A stretch of 64,000 bases of DNA, from contig PKDQ01000026.1 of the NCBI GenBank assembly GCA_002862645.1, positions 66,777-130,776 on the forward strand. The letters are read 5' to 3'. Below, piece after piece: positions 62,607-64,000 of this stretch; the stretch's first letter is position 1; every line of letters begins with the position of its first letter. The DNA is from Flavobacteriaceae bacterium. Lineage in GTDB: Bacteria > Bacteroidota > Bacteroidia > Flavobacteriales > Flavobacteriaceae. The position numbers were made by a program, and so were the translations under genes. Under the pieces are notes generated by a model. It made no database searches and was not told where the DNA came from. It saw nothing but the letters and a program-made list of their open reading frames with translations.

Positions 62607-64000
62607 TTACCTACTCAAAATCCATTTGTAAGCATCTTCGAAGGCCATTACCCAAGGGCTGACCTGATCGGAGCGGTTGTCGGGGTAGCTTCCCCAGTTC
62701 CATGGGAATATCGCACGCTCAAGGTGTGGCATCATGACCAAATGACGTCCATCATCGCTGCTGAGCATGGCAGTATTGTAGTCCGATCCATTGGGATTTG
62801 ACGGATATGAATCATAGGCGTATTTACCTGCGATTGCATAATTGCTTTTGTCTTTTGGGAATATAAACTTGCCTTCGCCATGAGCTGCCCAAATACCTAA
62901 CCTACTTCCTTGCAAGCTATTGAGCATGATGGCTGGACTTTCTTCAATGACTACATCCGTAAAAATACACTCAAATTTACCCGAGTCATTGTGATCCATT
63001 TTTGGTATTTCATTTGCTGTAGGGTGCAGCAAGCCCAATTCAATGAAAAGTTGACATCCATTACACACACCCAAACTCAAGGTGTCGGGTCTGGCAAAAA
63101 ACTGCTCAATGGCTTGTTTTGCTTTTTCATTGTACTTGATGGTTCCCGCCCATCCTTTTGCAGAACCCAGTACATCTGAATTTGAAAAACCGCCAACAGC
63201 TACCAGTAGTTGCACATCGCTCAAATCTTCTCTACCAGAAGTTAAATCTGTCATGTGAACATCCTTGACTTCAAATCCTGTCAAGTGCATCATATAAGCC
63301 ATTTCACGCTCAGAATTGCTTCCTTTTTCTCTAAGAACGGCAGCTTTAATTTTGCGCGTAGGTTGCGGATTTATGGCCCCTTCAAAATTTTTAGGGAAGT
63401 TAAACTTTAGCGGAGTTTTGTCAAAAGAATCAAAACGCTCTTTGGATTTTGTCTCTCCGCTTTGTTTGCGATCAAGAAGATAAGAACTCTTAAACCAGTG
63501 TTTTCTGTAGGTTGTAACGTCTAAGGAGCACGGCAGACCATCCCCTTTAATTTCAAGGCTGTTTGTTTCTGTTGGTGTGCCTATTTTGACAATGCCTATT
63601 CCCTTTTTTTCCAATAGTGCTGCAACTTCGGGTGCTGTTTGCACCAAAATCCCAACCTGTTCAGAAAGTAGGGTTTGTGCTGCGCCTTTTTCGTTTATCG
63701 GAGGCGTAATGGTCATGCCTAATCCGTCTGCAGCAAAACACATTTCCAGTAATGAAGTGATAAGACCTCCAGCACCAATATCATGTCCAGCAGCGATTGT
63801 TCCCTTCGTAATTTCTTTTTGCACTTGGCTAAACACTTTCTTGAAATATTTTGCTTTGGCAACATCTGGCGCCACGGTTCCTATACGTTGTTGTAGCTGA
63901 GCAAAAGCCGAGCCTCCTAAAGCGGCTTTGCCATCTGATAGGTCAATAAAATAGACCGCTCCTCCTTTTGCTTTAAGTTCTGGCGTAACGACTTTATTAA
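62607..64000 (-). CDS. purL: phosphoribosylformylglycinamidine synthase (single-chain PurL), 3' part; 5' end beyond window
   Basis: C-terminal glutamine amidotransferase domain with GVCNGCQLF and HGEG. The reading frame stays open upstream of the track's GTG (63875) to base 64000 (...VVTPELKAKGGAVYFIDLSDGKAALGGSAFAQL). Confidence 0.92.
   Translation of the reverse strand, partial: NKVVTPELKAKGGAVYFIDLSDGKAALGGSAFAQLQQRIGTVAPDVAKAKYFKKVFSQVQKEITKGTIAAGHDIGAGGLITSLLEMCFAADGLGMTITPPINEKGAAQTLLSEQVGILVQTAPEVAALLEKKGIGIVKIGTPTETNSLEIKGDGLPCSLDVTTYRKHWFKSSYLLDRKQSGETKSKERFDSFDKTPLKFNFPKNFEGAINPQPTRKIKAAVLREKGSNSEREMAYMMHLTGFEVKDVHMTDLTSGREDLSDVQLLVAVGGFSNSDVLGSAKGWAGTIKYNEKAKQAIEQFFARPDTLSLGVCNGCQLFIELGLLHPTANEIPKMDHNDSGKFECIFTDVVIEESPAIMLNSLQGSRLGIWAAHGEGKFIFPKDKSNYAIAGKYAYDSYPSNPNGSDYNTAMLSSDDGRHLVMMPHLERAIFPWNWGSYPDNRSDQVSPWVMAFEDAYKWILSR

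Overview
This 64-kb chromosomal segment reads as a marine Bacteroidota (Flavobacteriia-type) genome. The evidence is a SusC/SusD pair, T9SS C-terminal sorting domains, -7 TAnnTTTG promoter boxes, fusA followed directly by rpsJ with no tuf, and a proteorhodopsin next to blh. Gene order runs as follows. (1) adk (5'-truncated)-obg-two hypotheticals-HAD hydrolase (+), converging on rlmB (-). (2) A minus-strand block of S8 peptidase, SusC-like, SusD-like and M43 metalloprotease. (3) A minus-strand menaquinone operon, menF-D-B-A-C-E. (4) An unbroken plus-strand ribosomal supercluster of about 17 kb, rpsL-rpsG-fusA-rpsJ...rplO-secY-infA-rpmJ-rpsM-rpsK-rpsD-rpoA-rplQ; rpmD and rpmJ are absent from the ORF track and were added by hand. 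(5) carA-eno-gltA. (6) Two overlapping guanidino-modifying (amidinotransferase-fold) enzymes, then a small hypothetical gene on the opposite strand, then argS. (7) Proteorhodopsin (-) divergent from blh (+), with blh followed by ffh-folD-queE-ykgJ-like-FtsX/LolE-like permease and a cysteine-synthase-family gene. (8) A minus-strand beta-oxidation block, fadD / marR-fadB-fadA-fadE, with an M28 peptidase abutting it. (9) The 3' part of purL running off the window. I found no rRNA, tRNA, CRISPR, transposase, integrase, phage or recognisable defence genes, and no convincing wholly novel system; most of the window is core housekeeping. The items most worth a second look are: the peptidase-bracketed SusCD locus, including its very AT-rich M43 gene; a perfect 13+13 bp inverted repeat over the predicted marR-fad promoter; a missing canonical start or 1-nt frameshift at the 5' end of the DDAH-like gene; three TAnnTTTG-N4-ATG arrangements that predict leaderless mRNAs; and two uncharacterised genes embedded in the obg operon. 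All homology calls come from motif recognition by eye, not from searches.
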